Below are positions 50,227-63,280 of a stretch of 64,000 bases of DNA, piece after piece. Source of the stretch: Octopus bimaculoides (lineage: Eukaryota); contig NC_069001.1 of NCBI RefSeq assembly GCF_001194135.2, positions 32,551,529 to 32,615,528 of the forward strand, given 5' to 3'. Below the pieces are notes generated by a model, which was given only the letters and a program-made list of their open reading frames with translations, made no database searches and was not told where the DNA came from. Position 1 is the first letter of the stretch; every line of letters begins with the position of its first letter. Made by a program: the position numbers and the translations under genes.

Positions 50227-50323
50227 CCGTCATACATATATGCGAGCAAAACTTCACACATGCCAATACACGCAGTGAAATATATCCATCTTCAGTATGG
50301 CGTGTGCGTGTGTGTGTGTGTGC

Positions 50324-50369
<46 letters not shown>

Positions 50370-50567
50370 ATTGGCTCATGCTAAAATGACGTAGTTTGGA
50401 AGGGAAGGAAGTTGTGAAAACTACTTGCTAGTCATCCTCACTCACCTAGATGTGGTGGTGGAAAAAGAGGTGTGGGGTGGGGGCAGGGAGGAGAGAGAGA
50501 ACACGAAAACTGTGAAGGCATAATTAGCTGATATTGAGTCTAATTTCAGGTCAGAACAGTACTACTG

Positions 50568-50568
50568 G

Positions 50569-50606
<38 letters not shown>

Positions 50607-50607
50607 G
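50568..50607. repeat. (GTT)n microsatellite
   Basis: Read directly. Confidence 0.97.
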
Positions 50608-50814
50608 AAAGGTTCGGATGAAATATTATTTTATATAGTCTAAAAAACTGTTTCTGTATAATTCGTTATTTTCTCTCCGCTGTTGTTGTAAATGTTATTT
50701 CATGATAAAATGGATCGGGTAGGTCAGCAAATTCAGACTTCAGTGGAAATTACTGAAGCAAGTCATTTTATTATCATTACCATTATTATTATTAATATTA
50801 ATATTATTAAGGTG

Positions 50815-51003
50815 GCAAGCTAGTAGTATCATTAGCTGAGCAAAATGATTACTGGTATTCTGTCTTATCTTCTGCTGAGGTCGACTCTGCCTTTCATCCT
50901 TTTGGGGTCAATAAAATTAATACCAGTCAAACACTGAGGTCAATGTAATCCTCTATCCCCCTCCCCCCAAATTTTAGGCCTTGTGTCTATAGTAGGAAGA
51001 ATT
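50815..51003 (+). mobile_element. SINE family C
   Basis: GAGGTCGACTCTGCCTTTCATCCTTTTGGGGTCAATAAAATTAATACCAG ... AGGCCTTGTGTCTATAGTAGG. Confidence 0.75.
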
Positions 51004-52042
51004 TTATTCTTATTTATTTTTTTTTTTACAAGAGTGACAGATTGCTAATTTGGTAGCTGATAGTGGACTAAGCATTTATATATATATATAGTCTGCCTGT
51101 GACACTGTGATATGCTCCTGCCAGTAGGAGCAGAGAAGGAGGATGGTGGCTTTTAACTCTCTGGTTTAGTTTAACACAACTCTGCATATATATCACATGG
51201 AGCTATTAATCATTGCTTCATCCAGTGAGGGAGCATTTGTGTTGTTGCTCACCTTACTAGAAATAGCATTCAAATCTCCCTCAAATCAAACCTGTCTTTG
51301 AAAGGAGGACACATTGAAAAATATGGTCTTAGTATCAGTATCCCTCTAAAAATAGATGGGAAGCTTATGGCTGGATTGCCTACAATCATTATCATCACCA
51401 ACATCTGTTTTTCCATACTGGCATGGGTTGGATGGTTTGACAGGAGCTGGTAAAGGCCAGGGGTTACAACCAGGTGCCATAGTCTTTGTAGTATATTATG
51501 GTTGCATAATGAAATATAATGTCCCTACAAGTCATTGATAAAAAATGTAATCTAGGGCAGTGGATTGGTGGAACTATAAGAATGTTGGACTGGATGCCTT
51601 TCATTATTTGTTCCAGTTCTTTGCATTCTAAGTTTGAATCCTGCTGAGCTCAAAATATGTCTTTCATCGTTTTGGAGTCAATAAAAGAAAGTAGTAATTC
51701 AAGGCAGTGCACTGGCGGCAGAACTATAAGACCATCAAACTGGATACCCATGCTTGTGCGTGTGTTCATTCAAATTAATGGTGTGTCTGTCTATAGAGTT
51801 TGAAACCAAGATTTCTAGGTCAGCGCTTAATTATAAGGTTAGGGTTTTTTTTTGTTTTTTTTTCTCCCCATCTCTTATCTTTTACTTGTTTCAGTCAATA
51901 CTCCAACACTTTTTTTGTTTTTTAAAGCCTTGTACTTATGCTTTTGATCTCTTTCGCCAAATTACTAAATTACAGGGATGTAAACACACCAGCACTAGTT
52001 GTCAGGTAGTGGTGGAGGACAGACAACCACACACACACACAC

Positions 52043-52077
<35 letters not shown>

Positions 52078-52087
52078 NNNNNNNNNN

Positions 52088-52123
<36 letters not shown>

Positions 52124-53018
52124 ACCAAATCCACTCACTTTGGCCTCAGCCAGAGGCTATTGTAGAAATCACTTTCCCAAAGTGCCACACAGTGGGACTT
52201 GGACCCAGACCCATGTAGTTGGGAAGCAAACTTCTTACCACACAGCCATGTCTGCACCTATGTGTAGAAGATATGCAATCCTGTAATATTTATATCCATC
52301 ACAAGAATATGAGTAATTCAACTGAAACAGAAAAGTTAGAATTGGAAATTTATATCAGATTAGTTATAGCAAGCAATGGTGAGGGTCGGTTCAAGGTACT
52401 CGTTAGACTTGGTTCATAACTCTAATATTTCAAACTACCAGCTGTTGAGAATTCAGTCTGTTCTTTTTCTCTCTCTATTTTTAACTAAGAGAATTTTTAA
52501 AAAAATTTATTTTTGTGTTATTTTTTGTTTTCATCTTGATGTTTTTCATTATAGTCTGACAGAGTATTGCTGTCAACTTGTGAAAATGAAGTTGGGATTT
52601 TTAATTAGGAGTGAAACGGGAAAAAGTATAACTATTGTGATGAAATGTATTGAAAACTGGAGGTTAGTCAAGTTGATCCAAATGCTGGAGAAAAAAAACT
52701 GATTTAACATAATTCTCAGTGTTAATATTACACACACACTGGGCTTCTTTCAGTTTCCATCTATCAAATCCACTCACAAAACTTTGGTCAGTCCAGGGCT
52801 GTAGTAGAAGACACTTGGCCAAGGTGCCATGCAGTGGGACTGAACTTGGGACCATGTGGTTGGGGAAACAAATTTCTTACCACAAACTTCTTACCATGTC
52901 TGTGCCTATTGGATAGAATAAGCTGAAATTTTATAAATTTTGACATCATTATATGTTGATAGCATAAAATTCTCCGTGGTGCAGATAAAGTTTCTAAAAT
53001 GAATAGAGAAATTCAAAG

Positions 53019-53091
53019 GGTTGCTTTAGTCCAATGGTAGAACACCTTTCATAGCTACAGGAGATATGGGCTCAAGTCCCATGGCTAGCCT
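53019..53091 (+). pseudogene. Degenerate tRNA-like cloverleaf (Thr-like 3' half)
   Basis: D arm GTCC-AATGGTA-GAAC, anticodon arm CCTTT-CATAGCT-ACAGG, T arm ATGGG-CTCAAGT-CCCAT (perfect 5 bp), weak acceptor stem; TTTT at 53098-53101. Confidence 0.55.
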
Positions 53092-53110
53092 CTGACGTTT
53101 TCCTTCCCGA

Positions 53111-53441
53111 GTGAAGGCATGTGGGTCAGTGGTCAGAGCATCAGGCTCACAATCATGAGGTAGTGAGTCCAATTCTCAGATCTGTGTGTGGTGTTCTTGA
53201 GCAAGACACTTTATTTCATGTTTCTCTAGTTCAGTGAGCTGTAGAAATGAGCTGCAACATCAATAGTGCAAAGCTGTATTGGCCTTTGCCTTTTGCTTAG
53301 AAAACATCGGTGGCGTGGAGAGGGGAGGCTGGTATGCATGGGCGACTGCTAATCTTCCATAAACAACCTTGCCCAGACTTGTGTCTCAGAGGGGAGCTTT
53401 CTAGGTGCAATCCCATGGTCATTCATGACCGAAGGGGATCC
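53111..53441 (+). mobile_element. SINE family B (long form)
   Basis: Colinear with 9393-9715; ends in a T-tract. Confidence 0.85.
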
Positions 53442-54044
53442 TTTTTTTTTTTTTATTTATTTACTTCAAAACCCACCATTCCAAAAAAGAACTGCAATTG
53501 TTGTATAGTCTTTAACTCAGTTCTTTCAAGGATCTCTTCTTACCCATGTGTGTCTAACGCTACAGAATCTAAATAGTATGACTCATGCAGTTTGCATTAG
53601 TGAGACTAATTAATTAAATACTATACATCTGGCTGATAAGTTTAACTTGTTAGTTCTGTCCTAATTTATTAGAACCAACCACTCATTGTGTACATTTTCG
53701 TTTAGCTTTATTTTTAATTTGTCTTTTGTTTCAAATATAACATGACAAACTGACGACATTGAAAACATTTAGTCCCCCAGTGAAGAACAATAAGCAGTTT
53801 TGCTGCTGGTATTTTTATTGTATTGATGAATCATTCTTATCAGTACTGTCAACATTTTTTCTCCTTCTTCTTCCATCATTCAACATTTCTAATTTTCCTA
53901 AGTTGCTTTTATTGGTTTCGTATAAAATCGTTTTGACTCTTCACATAGATCGGATTATTGCTTTTATTATCGGCCTCATCTTTTTTAAGAATAAAAGAAG
54001 AAAAAAGAAAAAATGACTACATTTAGCCAGTGTATCTTTTTATC

Positions 54045-54442
54045 TTTTACTCGTTCCAGTCATTGGTCTGTGGTCATGCTGGAGCACCAACTTGAAAAGT
54101 TTTAGCTAAACAAATTCATCCAGTGTTTATTTTTACAAGTCTTATACTTACTTTGTCAGTCTTGTTTACTAAACCTCTAAGTTATGGGGACATAAACAAA
54201 CCAACACAGGTTGTCAAGTGGTGGGGAGATGTGACAGGCAGACACAAAGACGTGTGTGTATACACACCTACAAACACACACAGTGGGCTTCCACAGAGTT
54301 TCTGTCTACCAAATTCATTCACAAGGTATAGATCATTCTGAGGCTATAGTAGACACATCCACCAAGGAGCTGCACACTAAGATTGAACCTGAAACCACTT
54401 GGTTGCCAAGCAAGCTTCTTAACCATGCAGCTATGCCTGTGC
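54045..54442 (-). mobile_element. SINE family A, full length
   Basis: Tail CTTTTACTCGTTCCAGTCATTGG... through head ...CTTAACCATGCAGCTATGCCTGTGCC. Confidence 0.8.
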
Positions 54443-54990
54443 CTATCCTATCTTTTCTTTTCTTTCCTTTTTTAAAAATCGCATTGGGATTGTGGTTAGA
54501 GGGCCATTTTAGTTACTATCTCCAGCACATCATATGCCTGCCTAGAGGTTCTCTTGTTGTGGTCCATTGCTGTAACAAGTGCTACCTTTTTCTCAGCCTC
54601 ATCTACATTTCTGCTTTGCAGCGTGACTTGAAGTAATTCTACAATATTAAATCTTTAAAAAAAAAAAATTCTTTTCTATTTTCCAGTTTAAATTTTTGTT
54701 TTAATGGTATTGAATCAGGTGTAAAATGGAATTGTTACAAAGATTTCTAGATTTATATTATAAACTTTGACAACCAATAATAATTTTCTGTCCCCACCCC
54801 CTTTTTATTACTTTAAAATTTCAATAGGTTGTTTCTTTATTTACTTTTGCTGTGCCATATTCTCTTTGCTAATCTTATTAATAGTTGAGGTGGTTGTAAA
54901 TGGATTAAGTTGGGTCTGCATTTGTTAGGCTCTTCCTGTACCATTTCTACATAGTATTCAATTGCTCCATTCTTTTGGGCATGAAAGGTA

Positions 54991-55059
<69 letters not shown>

Positions 55060-57674
55060 NNNNNNNNNNNNNNNNNNNNNNNNNNNNNNNNNNNNNNNNN
55101 NNNNNNNNNNNNNNNNNNNNNNNNNNNNNNNNNNNNNNNNNNNNNNNNNNNNNNNNNNNNNNNNNNNNNNNNNNNNNNNNNNNNNNNNNNNNNNNNNNNN
55201 NNNNNNNNNNNNNNNNNNNNNNNNNNNNNNNNNNNNNNNNNNNNNNNNNNNNNNNNNNNNNNNNNNNNNNNNNNNNNNNNNNNNNNNNNNNNNNNNNNNN
55301 NNNNNNNNNNNNNNNNNNNNNNNNNNNNNNNNNNNNNNNNNNNNNNNNNNNNNNNNNNNNNNNNNNNNNNNNNNNNNNNNNNNNNNNNNNNNNNNNNNNN
55401 NNNNNNNNNNNNNNNNNNNNNNNNNNNNNNNNNNNNNNNNNNNNNNNNNNNNNNNNNNNNNNNNNNNNNNNNNNNNNNNNNNNNNNNNNNNNNNNNNNNN
55501 NNNNNNNNNNNNNNNNNNNNNNNNNNNNNNNNNNNNNNNNNNNNNNNNNNNNNNNNNNNNNNNNNNNNNNNNNNNNNNNNNNNNNNNNNNNNNNNNNNNN
55601 NNNNNNNNNNNNNNNNNNNNNNNNNNNNNNNNNNNNNNNNNNNNNNNNNNNNNNNNNNNNNNNNNNNNNNNNNNNNNNNNNNNNNNNNNNNNNNNNNNNN
55701 NNNNNNNNNNNNNNNNNNNNNNNNNNNNNNNNNNNNNNNNNNNNNNNNNNNNNNNNNNNNNNNNNNNNNNNNNNNNNNNNATATATATATATATTTTCAC
55801 AGAATTGACGGAGTAAATAAGATTGAAAATAAAACTGCTCTAGGTTGGTTTCTAGGTTTTGGGTTGGTTTCCCTCCTCTACTTTGATACAACTCCATGAA
55901 TTTGAATGCTTCTTCACATTATTCCCCATCAAAAAGTCTTACACAGGCATGGCTGTGTGGTTAAGAAGCTTGCTTCCCAACCATCTGGTTTCAGGTTCGG
56001 TGCCACTGCATGGCACCCTGAGCAAGTGGCTTCTACTATAACTCTGGCTCAACCAATGCCTTTTGTAGACAGGCTGTATGTGTGTACATACATGGACACC
56101 CTTTACTTGTTTCAGCAATTAAACTGTAGCCAAGCTGGAGCACTATCTTAAAGAGATTTAAGTTGTATGAATCGATCCCCACCCCCCGGGATTTTAAAAA
56201 ATTTTTTAAAGCCTGGTACTTATTCTGTTGGTGTTTCTTGCTGAACCGCTAAATTATAGAGATGTAAACAAACCAACACTAATTATCAAGCAGTGGTGGT
56301 GGACAAACACAAAGGCACTTGTCCAGCATACCACGCAGTAGGACTGAACCCAAGACCAATGGTTGGGAAACAAATTTCTTACCACACAGCTGCACCGTGA
56401 ACCATGAAATCCATGTCTGTATTTTTTCATTGGTTAACTGATGTTAACATACTTGGGAAATGTTTGAATATCATTCTCTTCCCTTTTGCCAAAAGTAGGT
56501 GAAAGCTAGTCAGCATAGATGTATTATACCACTACAAAAATTCAAGTAGAAAAATGCTGAAGCTTAGTACTTGACTCTATTCATTGCAGTTGTATACAAG
56601 ATGGTAAGTATTTTCAAAATTATGAAAAAGAAAAAGTGTTTGGATTTCCGCATTGCAGACTGAATTAAATTTCCTGTTGTTACATCATAAATTGTTGGTT
56701 GCTGTGGACCGGATGGATGAATTGATGCTAGGAAGTAGACTGGGCCAGCCATCAGTTGTGATGAAGAGGAGACAGCCATTTATTTAAGTCATGGAGAATT
56801 TATAGGTCGATGAATTTCGGAAGACAATTACTTTTTGCATGTTCTAATCCATCTTGTATAGGAAGTAGTTATTCAGCACAACACTATTTCGTTAAGCAGT
56901 TCACTAGCTCATGAAGAAACATCTACAGTTTTAAAATATTCAGTAAAGATATATATTGTTAGCATGTTTCAGAGCTAGAACTCAACAAGAATCAAATAAA
57001 TAGTGGTTCTGATTAATTAGATCAGTGCATCTTAGGGGATATTTTGTTACCTTTAACCAATAACTTGAAGGTGATTTGACTAGTATTTCTAGCAGATCAA
57101 TGGGTCAGGCATTTCTTTGAGATGTGCTTTGCATGGAAGAGTTATGGAATGACACAACTCGATAGAGAATGAAGAGTTAGAGACAGTTCGCTATAATTCT
57201 TTCACTGTATTTTATATATTTCTTTATTAGTTTTATTAAACATATTTTAAATAAACTTAATTCCTTATCTAGCAATTAGTTTGTATACAAAGATAAAATG
57301 GAGATATTAAATTTGATGATGTCAGTGGTGTTGATGATGGTTATGGAATCCCGTTTACTGTTGATTATGCATTTTCCTTCTTCCCATGCAATTTTAAGAG
57401 ACATAAGCTATTTGTATATGTTAGGCTGATTACTATTATTCATTTATGCAGAGTATCGTTAACTCACTTAAGTATTTTGCTGAAACTACACACACACAGA
57501 CACACACACCTAATGATAACATTGAAACTTGAATCTGCAACAAGTTTATATTATAGTATCTGATAATTTGTTGGTTTTTTAAACTCTTTGGCTATGATTT
57601 TCCATGTACTCAAACTCAAAACCTGACAATTGGAATGCTTGTTAAAGTTATGGGTCTTAAAAAGCTGCTTTTAG

Positions 57675-58015
57675 TTGTTTCAGTCATCAGACTGCGGTCA
57701 TGCTGGAGCACTTGAAGAATTTTTAATTGAGTGAATTGACCCCCAGTACTTCCTTTTTTTAAAGTCTTGGATTTATTTTATTGGTTTTTTTTGCTGAACT
57801 GCTAAGTTATAGGTATGGAGATACATCGACACCGGTTGTCAAGCAGTGGGGAAAACAGACACAAAGACACACAAAATACATGACAGGCTTCTTTTAGTTT
57901 CCGTCTACCAAATCCATTCACAAGATTTTGGTTGACCAAGGTGCCACAGTGGAACTGAATCCAGAACGATGTGTTTGGGAAGCAAGCTTTTTACCACACA
58001 GCCATGCCTATGCCT
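57675..58015 (-). mobile_element. SINE family A, full length
   Basis: Same diagnostic head and tail blocks. Confidence 0.8.
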
Positions 58016-58984
58016 ATGGTAGATGATTCTTAATTCGCTATGGTGCGTTTAACATGAAACTTTTCCAAAGTTTATTGGGAAGCATGCTTTGACATAACAG
58101 GAATGTTGTTGTAATTGTGTAACCTCACTTTTTTTCTTTTTGGAGTTTGATATGTGGTGGGGTGATCTAATATTTTTGATAAATTACACACTGAACTGCT
58201 TGGTCAAACTTCATTAAAAAATGAGAGAACATATTGTTTAGTTTCTCAAGCTCCAGTACTTATCAACTTACACTTTGAAATAATTTATTTAGATTAAGTC
58301 TGTTTCATAAAATTAAATAAATAAACTAAAACTGACTTTGGTAATTGTAGAAGTGTCTAAGTGAAGTTAGAATGTAAAACTGGTAAAGAACTGATATCTC
58401 TTCTCCATAGTTTCTTTGTCTCTTTTACTGTTGTCTGTTAATGGCTTCCTGCTTAATAAAGAAGCCATTATTATTAATGGTGACTAATGTTGTCAGAACA
58501 GCAGCAATGGAGGTACTTTACAACAGCCAGTTTGGTACCTATTTGTTCTTAGTTCAAATCCAGCCAAAGTTGGATTTTTTTTTTATTGTATGTATGTCCT
58601 CTGCAAATTGATAAACTCAGTACTATCAGAAATGTCCTGGAGTCAATCCAATTGATAGTGCGACTTCCTTAACTGCAAAAATTAAGCCCCGTACATGAAA
58701 AAAAAAAAATTTAATCATTCTTCACCTTCTTTACCATCTTTAAATTAAGTGCCAGAATTCCAATGGAACCATATTTGTATTAAGTTTGAGTTGAGCTACA
58801 TACTTAATTCTTGTATTATATGAGCTGGGAGTCCTTGCAGGTCTTCCAAACAAACCCCTCCTCTTTTGCAATTCAAGTTTTACCTATGTTTTGCATTTGT
58901 AACATTTTGGTTTTCATTCCAACCATTCTTATTTCCAATTGCAAAAACCTTGTATTTAAATATTATGTAATGTTCCTTCCCCTT

Positions 58985-59208
58985 CCATAATTCCTTCAGT
59001 CTGAGAGTACAGTAATATCGACAAGTTGGAGATTTTGTTTGTCTTATCTTCTAAGAATAATATCTGCTCTGTCAGTAGCCTTAGTTTTATTGGTATTGAC
59101 GACACCATCCCATGGTTGGTCACTGGTTCTAGGATGTTTATATCACTTACTACTGAGTTGTATGAATGTTGGATGCTGAACATATTGGACAATCATATCC
59201 AGGTGTGT
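58985..59208 (-). mobile_element. R4/Dong-clade restriction-like endonuclease relic
   Basis: Single frame HLDMIVQYVQH...K*YKHP...PWDGVVNTNKTKATDRADIILRR*DKQNLQLVDITVLSD matches the KWY.H.P...WD...T......RPDI........IDI..P.D pattern. Confidence 0.65.
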
Positions 59209-59569
59209 TTTCAATAATACAAGATAGAGGTTGTAGGCATGGCAGTGTTTTTTTTTAAGAACTCTGCTTCCTATTTACATGGTTTCAGGTTCAGTCCCAC
59301 TGTGTGGCACCTTTTAACAATTTTTTTTCTGCATTAGTGCTCAGGCTGACCACAGCCTTGTGAGTGACAGAAACTGAAAGAAACCCATTCTGTGTATGTC
59401 ATCATCATCATCATCATTTAGCATCTTCTTTCTATGCTGGCATGAATTCACCTATTTGACAGTGAACCAGTGTGCTGCAAGGCTACTTTGAGCTCCATCT
59501 TTGGTATTGTTTCTACAGCTGGTTGCTCATTCCTAAGTTTAGTTAATTTGTGAGTATGTATGTTGGTGT

Positions 59570-59850
59570 CTCTCTGTCTTGACATAACATGGTAGTTTGT
59601 AAATAAGTATCACTGTCATACAAGCATTGTCATCCATTTTCAGTATTCTGTAAAGGCATGTCTATCCATAGAGAAATAGTACCTTGCTTGGAAAGTTGTG
59701 AGGGTTGGTAGACAGGAAGGGCAACAAGAGGAGGAAAACAGATGACTGATTAGTGAATACAGGAAGGGCATTCAGTTGTAGAGAATTTGCCTCAATAACC
59801 TCCATCCAACCCATGCAAGCAGAGAAAGTTGGATGTTAAAATGATGGTGG
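59570..59850 (+). mobile_element. Repeat family E (long form)
   Basis: CACTGTCATACAAGC...ACCTTGCTTGGAAA...AGGAAGGGC...CCAACCCATGCAAGC...GGATGTTAAAATGATGG. Confidence 0.75.
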
Positions 59851-60508
59851 TGGTGGTGGTGGTGGCAGCGGCAGCAGTGGAGGAGGAGGAGGGTTATTTC
59901 AGACACTGTTGTTATATATTGGATTGGCCTTGCATACAAATAGTTACTAGTCTATTGACCAACCACTTCTAACACTAATTGAAGTGCTTCATTTATTTAT
60001 CTCCGATGAAAATGAATATAAAAACGTCATACTTGTTCCATCCAATTTATTTTAGGAATACCATACCTTCAATTTAAAAAAAAAAAATTCATATTTATTT
60101 GTAAATTCAGCCAAATTGTTGTCACTTGTGAAAGCTGTTTTAACTGAAATATTTGATTTGTTTTTCTGTTTTTCTTTTTCAAAATAACTACAATTGTTAG
60201 CTTTTTATTACAAGATAGTTAGTCCTTTCTATGTGTTTTATTATTTATTTACATAAATATTTGTTCTAGTTTTTAACTCTTGCACATGTTTCGTATTGGT
60301 TTCGTGATGGTGTCACTGGCTTTTGTTTGGTTGGACCTTTTCCAGTCCATTAAAACAATGAGAATTTACTGTAAGCCACTGACCTGATTAACAAAACTTG
60401 AAATAATTTGATACTACATCATTGGATAGTGAGGAGGAGGTTTAAAAACACTGTCTCTGCCACCTGAACTGAACAACAAATACACACACACACATACACA
60501 AACTAAAG

Positions 60509-60745
60509 CAGGTGTAGCTGTGTGGTAAGAAGTTCACTTCCCAACCATGTAGTCTTGGGTTCGGTCCCACTCTGTAATATCTTTGGCAAGTGTCTTCAGC
60601 TATAGCCTCAAGCTGACCAAAGCCTAGTGAGTGGATTTGGTAGAGAGAAAAAGTACCAGGCTTAAAAATAAATGATTTGTTCAACAAAACCCTTTAAGGC
60701 AGTGCTCCAGCATGGCTGCAGTGTAAAGACATGAAGCAAGCAAAT
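60509..60745 (+). mobile_element. SINE family A with internal deletion
   Basis: Head at 60509 joined directly to the tail ...GGCAGTGCTCCAGCATGGCTGCAGT. Confidence 0.75.
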
Positions 60746-61039
60746 GATAGAAGACAAAGCATTGATCATTACTCATTCTGAAAGATGACCAAGAACATCA
60801 TACAGGATGTAGCTGAATGCAGTTTGTTCCACTGTGGCTGATCAGTCCAGTTCTTATTGAGCAAATGCAGTTGGCTGAACTTTCAAATTAATTCACTTGT
60901 TATATATTCAGTTCAAATTTTGTGGTAGATTTACCTAAGTAAATCTTAAAGAATAACAGTTCACCCTGATCATCATCATCATGCCTGCCAGACCTACATT
61001 CATCAAAAAAAAAAAAAGACAGACATTAGAAAGCAAATC

Positions 61040-61330
61040 TCCTAGATTTTTCTCACCTTCTCTTAACATTTGGATGATTAATAAAGATTCTGTTAGCACT
61101 CAGTATGCTCCAACTTCTGGCTCACATGCACATTGTTCCTCTTTTATTGCTACTACATAATTGCTACCCCTTTATACCAGCCCCATTGCTGCATATTGTT
61201 CTACTCTGGCCACTCAGTTTGCTCATCTCTTACCACTCCTCAAATCTTGCAGTAAACATTTCCCAATCCCCCACAAACACACCTCTGTTAACTGTTATCT
61301 TTTAGAATTCCATCCCCTCCCACATATTTC
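61040..61330 (-). mobile_element. Decayed non-LTR reverse-transcriptase relic (RTE-like)
   Basis: Peptides GGDGI and IKEEQCA.EPEVGA...LIIQMLREGEKNL in the expected RT order; heavily degenerate. Confidence 0.4.
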
Positions 61331-61672
61331 TTGCATGTATTGACCTAGAAATGTTCAAATATGAACCATATTTGGGATGGCCACTTTTCTTCCTCAAAAT
61401 TATAAAAAAAAAAGTATATGCAGTAATTGTCATGCAATCTCACTGTTGTCACCCAGCTACAACTAGCAGCTGCATAATGGATTGTACAGTGTATAGATTC
61501 CAATGCAGTGAAGTGAGGTATATCTGGAGTACAAATAATGGTGGTTCTAGATACTTGAATACTTGTGCGCTGAAGGAAAGCTAACAGGCAGGATATGCCA
61601 GATTAGTTTCTTAAAAATAACAATGTTAGAAAGCTCATAACGAAAATTTTTGCTTATAAACTTTTTGTAAAT

Positions 61673-61831
61673 TTAACTCTTTAGTATTTAAACTAACCAT
61701 ATCCAGGTCAAATATTCTACCCATTTTATAATCAAAATGGCCAGATCTGGCTTCTCACACCATCCCTACAATATCCTTCTGAATAAATAAGCATTACATC
61801 GAACAGAATAATGTGAACGCTAAAAGTTCAA
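61673..61831 (+). mobile_element. TTAA MITE family 1, internally deleted
   Basis: TTAACTCTTTAGTATTTAAAC ... GAACGCTAAAAGTTCA; a further fragment lies at 11252-11343. Confidence 0.7.
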
Positions 61832-62555
61832 GAAACACAGAAAAAAGAATTACTTGCTTTAGTTATTAGACTGTGGCCATGCTGAGGCACTACCTTGGTG
61901 GGTTTAGTTAAATTAACACCAGCAACTTTTTTTTTTTAAGTCTGTGGTACTAAGTCTATCGATTTCTTTGCTGAATGCAAGAGGTGCCTGTACTGGCATC
62001 ACGTAAAGGGCACCCAGTATAATCTGTAAAAGGGTTGGCACTGGGAAAGGAATCCAGCTGTAGAAACCATGCTAAAGCAGACAACCGGGGCCTGGTGCAG
62101 TCCTCCAGCTCCAGTCAAACTATCCAAGTACATGGGAATCTGACTTCTGAAATATTAAAACTTTTAAGTAGCAACCAATCTAAATTTTTTATTATTATTT
62201 TTTTAAAGTGAGATGAAAAGAAGCATAATTCAGTGTTTGTAGCCTAACCTGGTGACCCTCCTGATTAAAACTATTGTGTGTGTGTGTGTGTGTGTGTATG
62301 TATATATTACAACAAGAACAACTTGTTTTACAACAACCACATATAACACTGGTTTTAGAAGAAATATGAGGAGCTTCTAATATAAATGTTTCAGTTTGTA
62401 AAACAATAGAAAATAATTAAAATGGGAAATTTGACCTGTTTGTTTATAGTCTGTGTGTGTATATAAATATATATACATAAATATAAATGTAAGAACTTAC
62501 TGTGGACAAGGCTGCGTGGTGTTTGATTATAAATAAATAAATAAAAAATCCACAC

Positions 62556-62840
62556 TAAGTACAGGACATCACCAACGAGCGGAAAACACAACACTTAAAC
62601 ACATAACAAGAAACAAGTACAGGACAAAATACCAAAAGAAGTCTAACTCCTCCTCAGTTGTCAACTGTTTATTAATCCCTATTTCGAGCTTTCAACGACT
62701 ATTGTCTCTTGCTATGTGTTTATGTATTTTTTACTCGTTGTTGATGTCCTGTTCTTATTGTGTATTTGTTGATATTTTGTCCTGTACTTATCTCTTGTGT
62801 GTTTATATGTTTTTCGCTCGTTGGTGATGTCCTGTACTTA
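62556..62840. repeat. Fold-back element with long imperfect inverted arms
   Basis: Perfect 25-bp IR (62556-62580 / 62816-62840) and 17-bp IR (62615-62631 / 62773-62789); repeated AAGTACAGGACA motif. Confidence 0.85.
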
Positions 62841-62845
62841 ATATG

Positions 62846-62925
<80 letters not shown>

Positions 62926-63049
62926 GAGAGAGAGAACACATACAGTTGGTTTTAGTCAACTGATAGACTTAATTTTTTATAATTATTTTCTAAAACCTGC
63001 AAAAAACTTGAAGAAGACTGCGAGAATACATTAAAGGATAAAGTTCCCT

Positions 63050-63280
63050 CCTCATCCATATAGACTCCTAAGGCTGGTTTCCTGGTTTCTGTGACGTATA
63101 TATCCTCCTGCTGGATGGGACACTGAACTGTAGCAGGATTACTCACTTTTGCCAGCTAAGTGGACTGTAACAATGTGAAATGAAGTATTTTGCTCAAGAA
63201 CACAATGCACCACCCAGTTCAAGTATTGAAACCACAATCTTCCAATCATGAACCCAACGCCTTAACCACTAAGTCATGTG
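63050..63280 (-). mobile_element. SINE family B (short form)
   Basis: Reverse complement of the same head and central blocks (TTTTGCCAGCTAAGTGGAC...TTGCTCAAGAACAC...AACCACTAAG). Confidence 0.7.

Noticed and set aside
50468-50495. G-quadruplex candidate
   Set aside because: Only three runs of three or more G; weak.
58497-58512. 16-nt microexon candidate
   Set aside because: Almost no pyrimidine tract, and the donor lies at the start of a decayed SINE-C head.
61457-61477. UIM-like LQLAAA after a CAG acceptor
   Set aside because: In-frame TAA after six codons and no acidic EEE lead-in.
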